From an uncultured Synergistales bacterium (GTDB taxonomy: Bacteria > Synergistota > Synergistia > Synergistales > Aminobacteriaceae), in assembly GCA_905233645.1 (NCBI GenBank), contig CAJODZ010000001.1, positions 64,357 to 128,356 of the forward strand: a stretch of 64,000 nt of DNA, given 5' to 3'. A program made the position numbers and the translations under genes. The stretch's first letter is position 1. Each line of letters opens with the position of its first letter. The notes under the pieces are model-generated. The model worked only from the letters and a program-made list of their open reading frames with translations. It was not told the origin of the DNA and did no database searches. Shown piece by piece: positions 62,421 to 64,000 of this stretch.

Positions 62421-63189
62421 TTGACAAATTTACAGTACAATCACGAGCCACGAGCCACCCAAAGATATTGCCTTTTGGGAAGGAATATTCGAAGATTTTA
62501 AACCTTACATAGTAAACACAGATATCTCCCGTGAAGACTATTCATTTTTAACTTCCATCATCGATAAAATTAACGGTAAAAACATTCTTGAGATAGGTTG
62601 CGGACGTGGAGACATGTCTGTATTTCTTGCTAAACATGGCGGGAAAGTGTTCTCAATCGATAACGCAAGTAATGGTATAAAAGATGCTCTCGAACTCGCA
62701 AAATTTAATGGCGTTGAAATTGATGCTCGTGTTTTAGATGCGTGCGATGTCGAGAAGATTGGTATTAAATTTGATTTTGTTGTAGGAAAATTTGTTTTAC
62801 ATCACATAGAGCCTTTTAGTGATTTTGCACACAATATAAAAAATTGCATGAACGAAGGTGCTATTGGTTTGTTTTATGAAAATTCCTCCCGAAACAGAAT
62901 GCTAATATTTTTTCGCAATAATCTCGTTGGTAAATTTGGTGTTCCTAAGTATGGCGATGCTGTAGAAATTCCTTTTGAGGATAGCGAGATTGATATGCTT
63001 CGCAAAAACTTTAGTGAAGTTGAAATTACAATACCGCGTTTTGTATTCTTTTCGATGCTTGGAGCATATATTTTTAGAAAGTCAAAAACTCTGCACAAAA
63101 TTTTTGATTGGCTCGATAAAGTTTTTTACAGACACATAAAAATTTTCAACAAATACAGTTATCACCAAATTGTTAAGTTCAAAAACTGA
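62421..63189 (+). pseudogene. Class I SAM-dependent methyltransferase disrupted by a 7-bp tandem duplication
   Basis: TTG 62421 lies 8 nt after AAAGGAGG and opens a frame that stops at 62499. The methyltransferase frame, with motif I ILEIGCGRGD at about 62584-62613, is open from 62425 but has no start before 62614. CACGAGC is duplicated at 62442-62448 and 62449-62455. Deleting one copy gives one 253-codon ORF. Confidence 0.75.
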
Positions 63190-63349
63190 TTTTTAAATTT
63201 GCTAACGTATTCAGTTATATAGCGGCTTGATTTTTATATTTATGATGACGGCCGCTTTTTATGTTTTTGAAAAATTTTTCGCCATTCTTTTAAAACGGTA
63301 TAATAGCGTAAATTTTGAGTAGCGCAAATTTTAGAAGGAGTGTATTTTT

Positions 63350-64000
63350 TTGCCGCGATATATTTGTATACATGGTCATTTTTATCAACCGCCGCGCGAA
63401 AATCCTTGGCTCGAAAAAGTAGAATTACAGGAGAGCGCAGCACCTTGGCATGATTGGAACGAACGAATTTCTGCTCAATGTTACAGCAGAAACGCAGCTT
63501 CAAGAATTTTAAACGGTAACGGCGAAATTATAAGAATTTGTAATAATTATTCACGAATGAGTTTTAACATCGGCCCGACGCTTTTATCATGGCTCAAAGA
63601 GAACGACAATTTATGTTATCAATCAATAATCGAAGCTGATTTTATCGGACGTAAAAAATTTTCAGGACACGGCCCTGCAATGGCTCAAGTCTATAATCAT
63701 ATAATCATGCCTCTAGCTAATCAGCAGGACAAAATTACTCAAGTTAAATGGGGCATAGCAGATTTTGAAAGTCGTTTTGAGCGTAAACCCGAAGGTATGT
63801 GGCTCGCTGAATGTGCGGTTGATACGGACACGCTCGAAATTTTAGCCGCCAACAAAATTAAATTTACTGTTCTCTCACCGTATCAGGCTAAAGCGACGCG
63901 TATGATTGGTTATGGCGATTGGCAAGATGTTACGGGTGCAAGAGTTGACACGAGGATAGCATATAAATGCAATTTACCGTCAGGCCACAGCATAGCAATA
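63350..64000 (+). CDS. Glycoside hydrolase family 57 protein, 5' part (runs off the window end)
   Basis: It has a TTG start 9 nt after GAAGGAG. Translation (M)PRYICIHGHFYQPPRENPWLE…MSFNIGPTLLSWL…AQVYNHIIMPLA…GMWLAECAV… matches conserved GH57 N-terminal blocks. The frame is open to position 64000. Confidence 0.85.
   Translation, partial: MPRYICIHGHFYQPPRENPWLEKVELQESAAPWHDWNERISAQCYSRNAASRILNGNGEIIRICNNYSRMSFNIGPTLLSWLKENDNLCYQSIIEADFIGRKKFSGHGPAMAQVYNHIIMPLANQQDKITQVKWGIADFESRFERKPEGMWLAECAVDTDTLEILAANKIKFTVLSPYQAKATRMIGYGDWQDVTGARVDTRIAYKCNLPSGHSIAI

Noticed and set aside
63240-63503. 87-aa minus-strand ORF at the right end of the window
   Set aside because: It overlaps the RBS and the conserved N-terminus of the plus-strand GH57 gene (HGHFYQPPRENPW), and it has no motifs of its own.
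1-64000. Mobile genetic element, prophage, defence island or integron content
   Set aside because: No transposase, integrase, recombinase, phage structural, restriction-modification, toxin-antitoxin or cas-like ORF is recognisable. The tRNA-Thr is followed by housekeeping genes, not an integrase. The dispersed repeats lack TIRs and attC-like structure.

Overview
This is a low-GC, densely coding bacterial chromosomal segment with about 55 genes, mostly core metabolism. No transposase, integrase, CRISPR array or rRNA is visible.

Gene content, left to right:
- A ParA-like gene fragment, an EamA transporter, trpF, a DHS-like protein, mannose-1-P guanylyltransferase, an M23 peptidase, punA and guaA.
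- A secreted S8 protease, tRNA-Thr(CGU) and aroD.
- A nitrogen-assimilation block: gltB and type III glutamine synthetase on the minus strand, divergent from an Amt-PII fusion, carA and carB.
- A 1434-aa secreted C1 cysteine peptidase with Ig-like repeats.
- A second carB, a PpiD/SurA-like chaperone and polA.
- An AlbA_2-type protein, then an ACT-metY-rrf2 operon.
- An eight-gene Mrp/Mbh-like cation antiporter module.
- Several hypothetical secreted or membrane proteins, an AGCS symporter and a substrate-binding protein.
- A trxB-grx-gpx redox operon.
- An FTR1-P19-type iron uptake operon with DUF2318, two FtsX permeases, an ABC ATPase and an FMN-binding protein, followed by a DtxR-family regulator.
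- A broken methyltransferase and the start of a GH57 gene.

The two big proteases end in SGGCNSG + TM helix + basic tail, which resembles the Synergistota-specific Synerg-CTERM sorting signal. A Synergistota origin is therefore my inference, not a proven fact.

Observations most worth follow-up:
1. A roughly 260-nt, comparatively GC-rich, multi-hairpin non-coding segment at 45247-45505, in the largest intergenic gap of the window. I could not assign it to any RNA family by eye. It is bracketed by an extended -10 palindrome and a strand-specific terminator.
2. A roughly 100-nt intergenic repeat family with seven copies in 64 kb, often fused to a terminator hairpin. Same-orientation copies bracket aroD and the whole iron operon.
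3. A natural Amt-PII gene fusion inside the nitrogen cluster.
4. Several reading-frame breaks: homopolymer runs in the EamA and FTR1 genes, and a 7-bp tandem duplication in the methyltransferase. These are either real gene decay or phase variation, or assembly errors.

All functional calls rest on motif recognition in the supplied translations. No database search was run.
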